From contig CAYPUM010000002.1 in the NCBI GenBank assembly GCA_964413545.1, forward strand, positions 1 to 31,746: a stretch of DNA of 31,746 nt, written 5' to 3'. Position numbers and translations under genes: made by a program. Of this stretch, positions 9,282 through 18,217 are shown one piece after another (positions within the stretch are counted from its first letter, which is position 1; each line of letters starts with the position of its first letter). The notes beneath the pieces are model-generated. The model searched no databases. It was not told the DNA's origin and saw nothing but the letters and a program-made list of their open reading frames with translations. The stretch is from an uncultured Roseibacillus sp. Lineage in GTDB: Bacteria; Verrucomicrobiota; Verrucomicrobiia; Verrucomicrobiales; Akkermansiaceae.

Positions 9282-9694
9282 TGCAGGTGGTTCTGGCCGA
9301 TGCCGGTCCGCTGGTGGCCCTCCTCAACCGCCGCGATCGCTTTCATGATTGGGCTGTCGCACGGTTCGACGAGTTCACGGAACCGCTGCTCAGTTGTGAG
9401 GCGGCGTTGACGGAGGCGCTGCATTTGCTGGGGTGCTTCGCCGGCGGCGGCGAAGCGTTGCTGGGGCTCTGGCGCCGCGGCAGCATCGTGGCGGAGTTTT
9501 GTGCCGAGCGCGAGAAGACCTCCCTGCGGAAACTGATGCTCAAGTACCGTGATCTTCCGATGTCGCTTGCCGACGCCTGTCTCGTGCGCATGACGGAACT
9601 GCACGCGGAGGCCCGGGTGTGGACGCTCGATGCGCACTTCGCGATCTACCGCCGGCACGGCCGCAAGATCATCCCCCGCCTCGCGCCGGACTGA
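9281..9694 (+). CDS. vapC: PIN-domain toxin (VapC family)
   Basis: VLADAGPLVALL, ALTEA, MSLADACLV, VWTLDAHF acidic PIN motifs; translationally coupled to the RHH gene. Confidence 0.9.
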   Translation: MQVVLADAGPLVALLNRRDRFHDWAVARFDEFTEPLLSCEAALTEALHLLGCFAGGGEALLGLWRRGSIVAEFCAEREKTSLRKLMLKYRDLPMSLADACLVRMTELHAEARVWTLDAHFAIYRRHGRKIIPRLAPD

Positions 9695-10301
9695 TAGAGG
9701 AGTTCATCTTCTCGATCAGCACGGCCTGGGTGGCGGGGCCGTGGACGCCTTCGATGAGGATGCCTTCGACGTCGGCGGTTTTCGAGGGGCCGGTGACCCA
9801 GATGATGTTGGGGTCGTTGCCGAGCCGGGCGAGGGCGTCGGGGATGGAAGGGACGATGGTGGCGGGGTCGAGAACGGCGACGTGGGTCCATGGGGCGAGG
9901 GCGCCGAGGCGGGCGCTGGTGTCGGTGTCGGTCAGGACGATGGTTCCGGACTCCGCGATGGCGAGGGTGGCGCGGGTGATTCCGAACGCGTAGCGGTCGG
10001 GGTCGGAGGGGTCCCAGTCGGAGTGGAGGCGGAAGCCGACGAGTCCGGCAAGGAGGGGAAGCAGGTCCGGGTCGACGTATCCTTCGGCGGCGCCATTCCC
10101 GCGGAGGAGGTTGGCGAGGTCATCGACGGAGCGGAGGGGGATGCCGTGGGCGTCTTCGAGGGCCGCCACGAAGCGGTCCGTCAAGTCGAGGCCGCCGGGC
10201 ATTTCGGCGGGCGCGAGGAGGTCGTCTTCGGACCAGTCGGGGTAGGGGGTGCGGCGGTCCTCGGGGAGGGAGCGGCAGATGGACTGGATCCTATCGAGCA
10301 T
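9669..10301 (-). CDS. lutC: Lactate utilisation protein C (LUD domain)
   Basis: Start moved to ATG 10301; GITRATLAIAESGTIV, HVAVLD, WVTGPSKTADVEGILIEGVHGP. Confidence 0.9.
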   Translation of the reverse strand: MLDRIQSICRSLPEDRRTPYPDWSEDDLLAPAEMPGGLDLTDRFVAALEDAHGIPLRSVDDLANLLRGNGAAEGYVDPDLLPLLAGLVGFRLHSDWDPSDPDRYAFGITRATLAIAESGTIVLTDTDTSARLGALAPWTHVAVLDPATIVPSIPDALARLGNDPNIIWVTGPSKTADVEGILIEGVHGPATQAVLIEKMNSSISPARGGG

Positions 10302-11706
10302 TTGGGTCGTTGTGGCCGTTGCGGTTGTTGAACCAGCGGCGGAACCGGCCGCCCCGCCACGGGGGGAGGTCGCGCTCGGCGCACCAGCGTTGGGCGGCAG
10401 GAATCGGGAAGAGGGAGGGGGGGAGGTAGTCAACGGCCTTCCCGAAGACGAGGGACGAACGCCACGGGACCGGGGAGGAGGCGAGGATGGCCCATGCGCC
10501 CATGGGCGGGGTTCCCTTCATGGCGTGGCCGGCCTTTTCGCGTTTGGCCTTGTCGCGCAGGCGGAGGAGGAGGTCGGGGAGGGGGATGTCGACCGGGCAG
10601 ACCTCGTTGCAGGCCCCGCAGAGGCTCGAGGCCTTGGGGAGGTCGGCGAGTTCGGGGAAGCGCTGGCCGGCGAGGAGGGGGCTGAGGACGGCCCCGACCG
10701 GGCCGGGGTAGACGCTGCGGTAGGCATGGCCGCCGGCCTGGCGGTAGATCGGGCAAACGTTCAGGCACGCCCCGCAGCGGATGCAGCGCAGGATTTCGCG
10801 GAACTCGCTCTGCAGAATGCGGCTGCGGCCGTTGTCGAGGAAGACGACGTGCATCTCCTCGGGGCCGTGCGGCTGGTTGTGCCTTCTCGGGCCGGAGATG
10901 AACTGCGTGTAGACGGTGAGTTGCTGGGCGGTGGCGGAGCGGGCCAGCAGGTTGAGGAAGAGGCCGAGGTCGCGGTCATGGGGGACGAGTTTTTCGATGC
11001 CGGCGAGGGCGATGTGGACGCGGGCGGGGGCGATCGAGAAGCGGGCGTTGCCCTCGTTGGTGACGAGGACGATGCGTCCGCTTTCGGCCACCACGAAGTT
11101 GGCGCCGGTCATGCCGACTTCGGCTTCGAGGTATTTCCGGCGGAGGTGGGCGCGGGCGCGGCGGGTGATGGTGGCGGGGTCGTCGTTGTAAGGGCCGAGT
11201 CCCTCGCGTTCGAAGCTTCGGGCGATCTCCTTCCGGTTCTTGTGGATGATGGGGGTGACGATATGGCTCGGGTGGTCGTGGTCGATCTGGACGATGAACT
11301 CGCCGAGGTCGGTTTCGACCGCTTCGATGCCGTGCCGTTCGAGGTAGGGGACGAGTCCGGTTTCCTCGCTGGCCATGCTCTTTGATTTCACCATGCGGGT
11401 GGCATGGTTGCGGCGCATGATGTCGAGGATGATGCGGTTGGCGGCGTCGGCGTCGTCGGCCCAATGGACCTGTGCGCCGCGGCTTTCGAGCTGGGCGGCC
11501 GCCTCGCCGAGGTAGCGGTCGAGGTGTTCGAGGGTGTGTTGCTTGATGCGTCCGGCGGCGGCCCGCATGCGGTCGGGGGCGGCGAAGTCGCGGTTCAGGA
11601 TGGCGAGGCGGGATTCCGTCTTGAGTTTCGAGGCGCGGTAGACGGAGGTCTGCACGCCGGGTTCGAGGGATCGGGCATGGCGGTCGATGGCCTGGGGAGG
11701 TTTCAT
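10291..11706 (-). CDS. lutB: Lactate utilisation protein B (Fe-S subunit)
   Basis: Start moved to ATG 11706; KSKSMASEE, ETDLGEFIVQ, SHIVTPIIH, GANFVVAE, TNEGN, CIRCGACLNVCP, YPGPVG, SSLCGACNEVCP. Confidence 0.95.
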   Translation of the reverse strand: MKPPQAIDRHARSLEPGVQTSVYRASKLKTESRLAILNRDFAAPDRMRAAAGRIKQHTLEHLDRYLGEAAAQLESRGAQVHWADDADAANRIILDIMRRNHATRMVKSKSMASEETGLVPYLERHGIEAVETDLGEFIVQIDHDHPSHIVTPIIHKNRKEIARSFEREGLGPYNDDPATITRRARAHLRRKYLEAEVGMTGANFVVAESGRIVLVTNEGNARFSIAPARVHIALAGIEKLVPHDRDLGLFLNLLARSATAQQLTVYTQFISGPRRHNQPHGPEEMHVVFLDNGRSRILQSEFREILRCIRCGACLNVCPIYRQAGGHAYRSVYPGPVGAVLSPLLAGQRFPELADLPKASSLCGACNEVCPVDIPLPDLLLRLRDKAKREKAGHAMKGTPPMGAWAILASSPVPWRSSLVFGKAVDYLPPSLFPIPAAQRWCAERDLPPWRGGRFRRWFNNRNGHNDPNAR

Positions 11707-12467
11707 GACGATTCGGCGGAAAGGGAATCCCGGAGGATCTGGCTGACGTGAAGCCGCGGGATGCCGATCCCGCGCCGGTCCATGATACCACCGAAGTGCA
11801 ACACGCACCCCATGTCAACCGACGCGATCAGGTCGGGTTCGGGAGCGGTGAGATGCTCGATCTTGAGGTCGCCCATCTTCTTCGAGATCACGGGGAAGCT
11901 GACCGCGAAGGTGCCTCCGAAGCCGCAACACTGCTCGCCTTCGCCGACCTCGGTCAATTCGAGGCCCTTGATGCTGCCGAGCAGTTGCAGGGCGGCGTCC
12001 CGGGTGGGGGTGCCCCGGGAGTGGCACGACGAATGGTAGCTGACGCGCCGGGGGAATCGGCCGGGCCATTCCGTGACGCCGAGGCCGTTGACGATGAAGT
12101 CGCAGAGTTCCCATGTGCGCCTGCCGAGGGCGTGGACCGCCGCGGCGTCGGCCTCGTCCTCGAAGGCAAGCCCCGCACCGTGGAAGACCATCGCGGCGCA
12201 CGAACCGGAAGGGACAATGACCGGCTTGTCGGAGGAAAAGACCCCCACCGTGTGCCGCATCACGCGGCGGGAAGCCGCCCAGTCGCCCGCATTGAAGGCG
12301 GGTTGTCCGCAGCAGGTCTGGTCGTCCGGCACCTCGACCTCGCAGCCAAGGTGCTCCAGCACCTCGACCGTGGCCCGCGCCACGTCGTCGAAGAAAAAAT
12401 CGCACAGGCAGGTGATCATGAGTTGCACCTGCCTTGCGACGGGGCGGTCGGGCGGGGTGATGGTCAT
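11703..12467 (-). CDS. lutA: Lactate utilisation protein A (CCG-domain Fe-S oxidoreductase)
   Basis: Start moved to ATG 12467; ITCLCD, QTCCGQPAFNAG, PSGSCAAM, YHSSCHSRG, QCCGFGGTF, DMGCVLH. Confidence 0.95.
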   Translation of the reverse strand: MTITPPDRPVARQVQLMITCLCDFFFDDVARATVEVLEHLGCEVEVPDDQTCCGQPAFNAGDWAASRRVMRHTVGVFSSDKPVIVPSGSCAAMVFHGAGLAFEDEADAAAVHALGRRTWELCDFIVNGLGVTEWPGRFPRRVSYHSSCHSRGTPTRDAALQLLGSIKGLELTEVGEGEQCCGFGGTFAVSFPVISKKMGDLKIEHLTAPEPDLIASVDMGCVLHFGGIMDRRGIGIPRLHVSQILRDSLSAESS

Positions 12468-12525
12468 CAGGAGTCGGGGGGCAGGGCGGTGCTGCGGGTT
12501 CAAGGGCGTTGCGCGGGAAGCCGGG

Positions 12526-12630
12526 GTGGCATGACCGGGACGGTCAGGACTGGCGCCAACCGCCCGGCGGGCGGGAAGTTCCGGCCACGTTGTGGGCTCG
12601 GGTTGGTCGTGACCGGGACGGTCATGCCAT
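12526..12630. repeat. Two copies of the palindrome TGACCG-GGA-CGGTCA (12532-12546, 12610-12624), REP-like
   Basis: Exact 15-mer repeated 78 bp apart; outer flanks GGCATGACCG / CGGTCATGCC are mutually inverted. Confidence 0.75.
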
Positions 12631-12644
12631 GTTCTCCCGGCAGC

Positions 12645-14126
12645 CTAACCATGATGACTTGGTCCGAGGTTGTGGCTGCTGAGGAAGCCCTGGTATTTTT
12701 CGTTCCATGCGGGGGAGGGTTCGGGGTCGAGGCGGACGATGTCGACGGATTCGGAGACGAGTTGGCGGCCTTCCTCGAGGGAGGTGATTTCGCCGTCGGT
12801 TTGCATCTGGACCAGGATGTTGCCGAAGGAGGTGGCTTCGACCGGACCTGCCACGACGGGTTTTCCGGTGGCGTCGGCCACCATGCGGTTCAGGAGGCGG
12901 TTGCGGGATCCGCCTCCCACGATGTGGATGGCGGGGATGGGGTCCCCGGTGAGCGCTTCGAGCGACTCGAAGACGTAGCGGTATTTCAGGGCGAGGCTTT
13001 CGTAGATCAGGCGCGCCTGGGCGCCGAAGTCGTCCTCGCCGGGGCGGGCGGATTCCGGCAGGAGGTCGCGGATGCGGGCCGGCATGTCGCCGGGGGTCGC
13101 CAGCGAGGGGTGGTCGGGGTCGATGAACCCGCGGGGGTCTCCGGCGCGTTCCGCGGCGCTGTCGATCTCGGCGTAGCTCAGCGGCGAAGACCGCCCGGCG
13201 TCCCATTGCTTCTTGGATTGTTCGAGCAGCCACATGCCGGTGACGTTCTTGAGGAGGCGGATGCGTCCCGCGACCCCGGTTTCGTTGGTGAAGTTGGCCT
13301 CGGCGGCGGCATCGGTCAGGACCGGCGCGGCGGCTTCCACCCCCGCCAGCGACCATGTGCCGGAGCTGACATAAGCGGCGTGCGGGCTGCTCAGCGGGAC
13401 GGCCGCCACGGCGGAGGCGGTGTCGTGTCCGCCGGCCGCCACCACCTTGACGCCGGATTGCGTCAGCCTCGCGGGGCCGAGTTCGAAGCCGGGATCGACA
13501 AGGTCATGGAACATGCCGGACCGCAGCCCGAGGTCCTCGATGAGGCTGTGCGACCATGTCTTTTCGGCGGGGTCGTAGAGCTGGGAGGTGCTGGCGATGG
13601 TCCGCTCGTTGGCCATGACGCCGGTCAGCCAGTAGTTCATGATGTCGGGCATGAAAAGGAGGCGTTCGGCGTGGGCGATGGCGGTGCCGGCCGCCTCCTG
13701 CTCGGCCACCAGTTGGTAAAGGGTGTTGAGGAACATCGACTGGATGCCGGTGCGCCGGTAGATGGAGCGCGGATCGAGGCGCTCGTGGACGTATTCCGGC
13801 ATCCCGGTGGTGCGCGGGTCGCGGTATGCGAACGGGATGCCGAGGAGTTCGCCGGCCCGGCCGAAAAGCCCGTAATCGACGCCCCATGTGTCGACGCCGG
13901 CGCTGACGACGGCCTTTCCGTGTTGCGAGACGGCCATTTCCAGTCCGGCGCGGACGTCGGCGAACAATTGCGTGATGTTCCAGCGGAGGGAGTCGAGGAT
14001 CTCGATCGGCTCGTTGTCGAAACGATGGACTTCTTCGAGACGGAGGGTTTGCCCGTTGTAGTGCCCGGCCATGACGCGTCCGCTGGTGGCGCCGAGGTCG
14101 GCGGCGAGGTAGATCTTTGATTTCAT
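12645..14126 (-). CDS. rhaB: Rhamnulokinase/fuculokinase (FGGY family)
   Basis: YLAADLGATSGRVM, GVDTWGVDYGL, YRDPRT, LLFMPD, GGHDTASAV, YVSSGTWSL, FTNETG, LKNVTGMWLLEQ, IVGGGSRN, GPVEATSFGN; rhamnulose vs fuculose preference cannot be fixed from sequence. Confidence 0.88.
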   Translation of the reverse strand: MKSKIYLAADLGATSGRVMAGHYNGQTLRLEEVHRFDNEPIEILDSLRWNITQLFADVRAGLEMAVSQHGKAVVSAGVDTWGVDYGLFGRAGELLGIPFAYRDPRTTGMPEYVHERLDPRSIYRRTGIQSMFLNTLYQLVAEQEAAGTAIAHAERLLFMPDIMNYWLTGVMANERTIASTSQLYDPAEKTWSHSLIEDLGLRSGMFHDLVDPGFELGPARLTQSGVKVVAAGGHDTASAVAAVPLSSPHAAYVSSGTWSLAGVEAAAPVLTDAAAEANFTNETGVAGRIRLLKNVTGMWLLEQSKKQWDAGRSSPLSYAEIDSAAERAGDPRGFIDPDHPSLATPGDMPARIRDLLPESARPGEDDFGAQARLIYESLALKYRYVFESLEALTGDPIPAIHIVGGGSRNRLLNRMVADATGKPVVAGPVEATSFGNILVQMQTDGEITSLEEGRQLVSESVDIVRLDPEPSPAWNEKYQGFLSSHNLGPSHHG

Positions 14127-14905
14127 GAGGCAGGGTGGCTGGATTCCCGGGGTCGCAGGATCTCTACGCCAAGATCGGCCAGTTCCTCAAGCGAAGGATG
14201 CCGCGCAGCCCGATCCGTGACCAGAATATCGATGGCGCTGCACTCGCAGAAGAAGTAGTCCGAGCTGACCCCGAGCTTGGTATGGTCGGCCAGAAAGATG
14301 AAGGCGCTGCAGCGCGGGATCAGCGCTTCCTTCAGGCTGGCCTGTTGTTCGTTGGACTCGCTGAGCCCCCGCAGAATGTCCATGCCGTTGCCCGAGCAGA
14401 AGGCCTTGTCGATGCGGTAGCGCTTGAGCGCCGCCCGCGCCACGCTGCCCACCAGCGACTGGGACGCCACGTCGAGCCGCCCCCCGGTCGCGATCACCTT
14501 GTGTTCGCGGCTCGAGCCAAGGCGGCTCAGGACGATGAGGGAGTTCGTGATGATCGTCAGCGGGACCGCCGGCAGCCGCATCACCATCTGCAAGGCGGTC
14601 GAGCTGGCATCGATGAAAATCCGCTCGCCCGGCGTGATGAGGCCCGCCGCGAGATCCGCGATCTCCTCCTTGGCGGCCATGTTCAGCACCTCCCGCTCCG
14701 CAAAGGGCAGTTCGCGGGGCCGGAAGTCGCCCTTGATGGCGCCGCCGTGGGTGCGTTGCAGGAGACCGTCCCGCTCGAGCTTCTCGAGGTCGCGCCGGAT
14801 CGTCTCGTCGGTGACCGCAAGGCGCTCCGCGAGATCGGTAGTCCGCACGCTGCCCTCGGAGTCGAGCAATTCGAGAATCGCACGGCGGCGGGAAATGGCT
14901 AACAT
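14123..14905 (-). CDS. DeoR/GlpR-family transcriptional regulator
   Basis: Start moved to ATG 14905; HTH (LAERLAVTDETIRRDLEKLE...RTHGGA) plus DeoR C-terminal sensor (IFIDASST, ITNSL, LADHTK); ATGA overlap with the kinase. Confidence 0.95.
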   Translation of the reverse strand: MLAISRRRAILELLDSEGSVRTTDLAERLAVTDETIRRDLEKLERDGLLQRTHGGAIKGDFRPRELPFAEREVLNMAAKEEIADLAAGLITPGERIFIDASSTALQMVMRLPAVPLTIITNSLIVLSRLGSSREHKVIATGGRLDVASQSLVGSVARAALKRYRIDKAFCSGNGMDILRGLSESNEQQASLKEALIPRCSAFIFLADHTKLGVSSDYFFCECSAIDILVTDRAARHPSLEELADLGVEILRPRESSHPAS

Positions 14906-14911
14906 GGGCTG

Positions 14912-14986
14912 ATAATTGGTGAAAAGTGGGATTTTGTGAAAATTATTGGTTTTTAACCTCGACATGTCAAGCCGTCGTGCTAAAAC
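14912..14986. promoter_or_regulatory. Overlapping divergent promoters of the BMC and DeoR-kinase-lut operons
   Basis: Minus strand TTGACA (14970-14965)-N17-AATAAT (14947-14942); plus strand TCGACA (14959-14964)-N16-TAAAAC (14981-14986) preceded by TGn; direct repeats ATAATTGGT (14912-14920) / ATTATTGGT (14942-14950). Confidence 0.55.
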
Positions 14987-15002
14987 CGAAGAAATTCCAA
15001 GG

Positions 15003-15671
15003 ATGGAGGGAGCACCCCAACGAGCGCTGGTCGAGCATTTGGTGCGGCGGGCGGTTTACGAGAAGCTGGATCTGGCGGTTCCGCGGCAGGTATTGGCGCC
15101 GCATCCGCTGGTGGTGAATGTGAGTGCGCGGCACTGTCATCTGACGCCGGAGGCGGTGGAGGTGTTGTTCGGGCAGGGGTATGAGCTGCGGCCGAGGCGG
15201 TGGTTGTATCAGGAGGGTCATTATGCGGCGGAGGAGACCGTGACGTTGATTGGTCCGCGGAGCCGGCTGATATCGAATTTGCGGATTCTGGGGCCGTGCC
15301 GGACGTTGAACCAGGTGGAATTGGCGTTTACGGATGCGCGGGCGTTGGGGTTTGAGGCACCGGTTCGGAACTCGGGGGACATAGCGGGGACGCCGGGCTG
15401 CATCCTGATGGGGCCGGCGGGGCATCTGGAGCTGGGGGAGGGGGTGATTCGGGCGGCGATTCACGTGCACATGTCGCCGGAGGACGCGGCGTTTTTCGGG
15501 GTTCGGGACAAGGATTTTGTGAAGCTGCGGGTGCATGGGGCGTGTGCGACGGTGTTTGAGCGGCTGCTGGTCCGGGTCGGGGAGGGGATCAAGCTCGAGG
15601 TTCACATGGACACGGACGAGGGCAATGCGTGCGGGTTGGGGCCCGAGACGCCCTGCGAGCTGATCCCCTGA
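15003..15671 (+). CDS. pduL: Phosphate acyltransferase (PduL family) with N-terminal encapsulation peptide
   Basis: Start moved to ATG 15003; VSARHCHL, LYQEGHYAAEETV, RILGPCR..NQVE, PVRNSGD..GTPG, HVHM, EVHMDTDEGNA; N-terminal amphipathic RALVEHLVRRAVYEKL. Confidence 0.95.
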   Translation: MEGAPQRALVEHLVRRAVYEKLDLAVPRQVLAPHPLVVNVSARHCHLTPEAVEVLFGQGYELRPRRWLYQEGHYAAEETVTLIGPRSRLISNLRILGPCRTLNQVELAFTDARALGFEAPVRNSGDIAGTPGCILMGPAGHLELGEGVIRAAIHVHMSPEDAAFFGVRDKDFVKLRVHGACATVFERLLVRVGEGIKLEVHMDTDEGNACGLGPETPCELIP

Positions 15672-15714
15672 AGAATCACCTATCAGTGAACACAACCAAT
15701 CGAACAAGAGAGTC

Positions 15715-15984
15715 ATGAGCGAATCCCTGGGAATGATAGAGACGCGCGGGTTCACCGGCAACGTGGAGGCGGCCGACGCGATGGCGAAGGCGGCCAACGT
15801 GGAGTTGATCCGGCAGGTGCAGATCGGCGGCGGATTTCTGACGATCCTCGTCAAGGGGGACGTGGGGTCGGTGAAGGCGGCGGTGGACGCCGGGGCGGAA
15901 GCGGCCGCGAGGGTGGGCGAGCTGGTCAGCTCGAACGTCATTGCGCGTCCGCACCCGGATCTGCTGCAGCAGTTCGGGTTCTGA
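15715..15984 (+). CDS. BMC-H hexamer shell protein
   Basis: LGMIETRG...AADAMAKAANV...IGGG...[14 protein letters not shown]...IARPH. Confidence 0.97.
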   Translation: MSESLGMIETRGFTGNVEAADAMAKAANVELIRQVQIGGGFLTILVKGDVGSVKAAVDAGAEAAARVGELVSSNVIARPHPDLLQQFGF

Positions 15985-16025
15985 GAAGGGGCGGTTTGGA
16001 AGGCACACAACGAATTGACTGAATC

Positions 16026-16304
16026 ATGAATGCGAAAGCACTGGGAATGATTGAGACGAAGGGCATGGTGGCGCTGCTCGAGGCGAGCGACGCGGCCTTG
16101 AAGGCGGCGGACGTCACGATGACGGGCTGGACGAAGATCGGGAGCGGGCTGGTGACGACCCTCTTCGTGGGCGACGTGGCCTCGGTGAAGGCGGCGGTGG
16201 ACGCGGGGGCGGAGGCGGCGGCGCGGCTCGGCGAAGTGGTGGCGGTGCAGGTGATTCCGCGTCCGCACGACGATCTCGGAGGTCTGGGAGACTTCATCGG
16301 CTAA
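16026..16304 (+). CDS. BMC-H hexamer shell protein
   Basis: ALGMIETKG...DAALKAADV...KIGSG...[13 protein letters not shown]...IPRPH. Confidence 0.97.
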   Translation: MNAKALGMIETKGMVALLEASDAALKAADVTMTGWTKIGSGLVTTLFVGDVASVKAAVDAGAEAAARLGEVVAVQVIPRPHDDLGGLGDFIG

Positions 16305-16323
16305 CCGTCAGCTTGTGGCGCTC

Positions 16324-17535
16324 ATGAAGGTGCTCGCCGCCAACCTCGGTTCGACCTCCTACAAGTATCGCCTCTTCGAGGCGGACGGGGAGCGGTGCGA
16401 GCTGTTGGCGCGGGGCGGGTACGAGCGTGTGAGCGATCACGGGGCGGCCATCCGGGACGGGCTTGGGAAGCTGGTGGCGGAGGGCTGCCTCGGGAGCAGG
16501 GAGGAGCTCGACGCGGTGGGCTTCAAGACGGTGCTGGGTCACCGGCTGAGCGGGTGCCGCGAAGCGGACGAGGCGGTTCTGGAGGATCTCGGGAAGGCGG
16601 CGCCGCTGGCGCCGGCGCACAACCCGGCCTACATTGCGGGCATCCGGCAGTTTGCGGAGGCGGCCCCGGGGGCGGTGCGGGTGGCGCTTTTCGAGACGGC
16701 CTTTTACCAGTGGGTGGCGCCGGAGGCGAAGCGGTACGGTGTTCCTGGCAGCTGGCACGAGGCCGGGGTGCGGCGCAACGGGTTTCACGGGGCGAGCCAC
16801 AAGTTTGTGGCGGAGCGTTCGGCGGAGCTGCTCGGGCGTCCGGACGTGGCGGAGCGGGTGAGGCGGTTGTATCACGAGGGCGGCGGGAAGGGGCCGCTTG
16901 ATCCGGCGCGGCCGCTGCGGGTGGTTTCCTGTCACTTGGGGGGCAGCAGTTCGGTGACCGGGATGCGGGACGGGGTGGCGGCCGGCACCAGCATGGGGAT
17001 GACGCCGCAAAGCGGTCTGCCGCAGGGGAACCGGGTGGGGGACCTTGACGCGATGGCGGTGCCGTTCGCGCTGCGGGAGATGGGCTTGTCGCTCGAGGAG
17101 GTCGAGCGCCAACTGACGAGGGAGTCGGGATTGCTGGGGATGTCGGGGGTGAGTCACGACGTGCGGGACCTCACGGAGGCGGCGGGAGGAGGGCACGCCG
17201 GGGCGCGGCTGGCGCTGGACGCCTTGGCGCACTCGACGCGGCACTGGGTGGGGGCCATGGCGTTTGTGCTGGGCGGGCTGGACGCCCTCGTCTTTGCGGG
17301 GGGGATCGGGGAGAACAATCCCGGGATTCGGGCCGCGGTGTGCGCGGGATTGGAGGAGTTCGGGATACGGCTCGACGCGGGGCGCAACGACGGCTGCCGG
17401 GGCGCCGAGGAGTGCCTGAGCAGCGATTCGAGCCGGGTGCGGATTTGGGTCATGCCGGCCAACGAAGAATTGGTGGTGGCGCGGGAAACGGCGCGTTTCC
17501 TCGAACACCGCCGCGTTTCGGAACACGCAACCTGA
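16324..17535 (+). CDS. ackA: Acetate/propionate-family acyl-phosphate kinase
   Basis: Start moved to ATG 16324; NLGSTSYKY, APLAPAHN, FETAF, GFHGASH, CHLGGSSS, TSMGMTPQSG, FAGGIGEN, ANEELVVARET. Confidence 0.93.
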   Translation: MKVLAANLGSTSYKYRLFEADGERCELLARGGYERVSDHGAAIRDGLGKLVAEGCLGSREELDAVGFKTVLGHRLSGCREADEAVLEDLGKAAPLAPAHNPAYIAGIRQFAEAAPGAVRVALFETAFYQWVAPEAKRYGVPGSWHEAGVRRNGFHGASHKFVAERSAELLGRPDVAERVRRLYHEGGGKGPLDPARPLRVVSCHLGGSSSVTGMRDGVAAGTSMGMTPQSGLPQGNRVGDLDAMAVPFALREMGLSLEEVERQLTRESGLLGMSGVSHDVRDLTEAAGGGHAGARLALDALAHSTRHWVGAMAFVLGGLDALVFAGGIGENNPGIRAAVCAGLEEFGIRLDAGRNDGCRGAEECLSSDSSRVRIWVMPANEELVVARETARFLEHRRVSEHAT

Positions 17536-17539
17536 CAAT

Positions 17540-17854
17540 ATGATGCAAAGAGCCATCGGAATACTGGAAACAAAGGGGCTGATCGCGCTGGTGACGGGAA
17601 CCGACGCCATGCTGAAGTCCGCCAACGTGACCTTGAAAGGTCCCATGAAGGGAGTCGGGAGCGCCCTTGTCAGCGCCACGGTCGAAGGCGACGTGGCGGC
17701 GGTGAAGGCGGCCCTTGACGCGGGGGCGTCGGCGGCGCAGGAGGCCGGCGAGGTCGTCAGCGCGCACGTCATCGCGCGGCCGGTTGGCGGGCTGGATGCG
17801 GTGCTTCCGCAGCGGTCCTCGAAGCCGCGCTCCACCCGGACCACGAGCAAGTAG
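17540..17854 (+). CDS. BMC-H hexamer shell protein with basic C-terminal tail
   Basis: IGILETKG...DAMLKSANV...GDVAAVKAALDAG...VIARP, followed by QRSSKPRSTRTTSK. Confidence 0.95.
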   Translation: MMQRAIGILETKGLIALVTGTDAMLKSANVTLKGPMKGVGSALVSATVEGDVAAVKAALDAGASAAQEAGEVVSAHVIARPVGGLDAVLPQRSSKPRSTRTTSK

Positions 17855-17857
17855 GGG

Positions 17858-18178
17858 ATGTTTGTGGGAAAGGTCATCGGGCAGGTGGTCGCGACGCAGA
17901 AGGACCCTGTTCTGACGGGGCGCCGGCTGGTGATGCTGCGGCCGATGCTGGTGGACTCCGAAGATCCCGCGAGATTTCGCGAGGGGGCCAACACGATCGT
18001 GGCGGTTGACACGATCGGGGCGGGCACGGGGGAGTTCGTGCTCTTTGCGCAGGGCAGTTCGGCCCGCCAGGTGGAAGGACTGAAGGGGGTCCCCACCGAC
18101 GCCTCGGTGGTTGGCATCGTGGACAGCGTCCACATCCTTGGCAAACCCCTCTACGACGGCCGGAACAAGAAGACCTGA
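17858..18178 (+). CDS. eutN: BMC-P pentamer (EutN/CcmL family)
   Basis: MFVGKVIGQVVATQKD...VAVDTIGAGTGEFVL..QGSSAR...DASVVGIVD. Confidence 0.95.
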   Translation: MFVGKVIGQVVATQKDPVLTGRRLVMLRPMLVDSEDPARFREGANTIVAVDTIGAGTGEFVLFAQGSSARQVEGLKGVPTDASVVGIVDSVHILGKPLYDGRNKKT

Positions 18179-18217
18179 AGCCGGTTGCCGGGCGGAAGAA
18201 AACTCCTCTGAACCTCC

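Noticed and set aside
8941-9700. Full guaA-associated genomic island
   Set aside because: No integrase, no duplicated guaA 3' end and no cargo beyond the TA pair in the window
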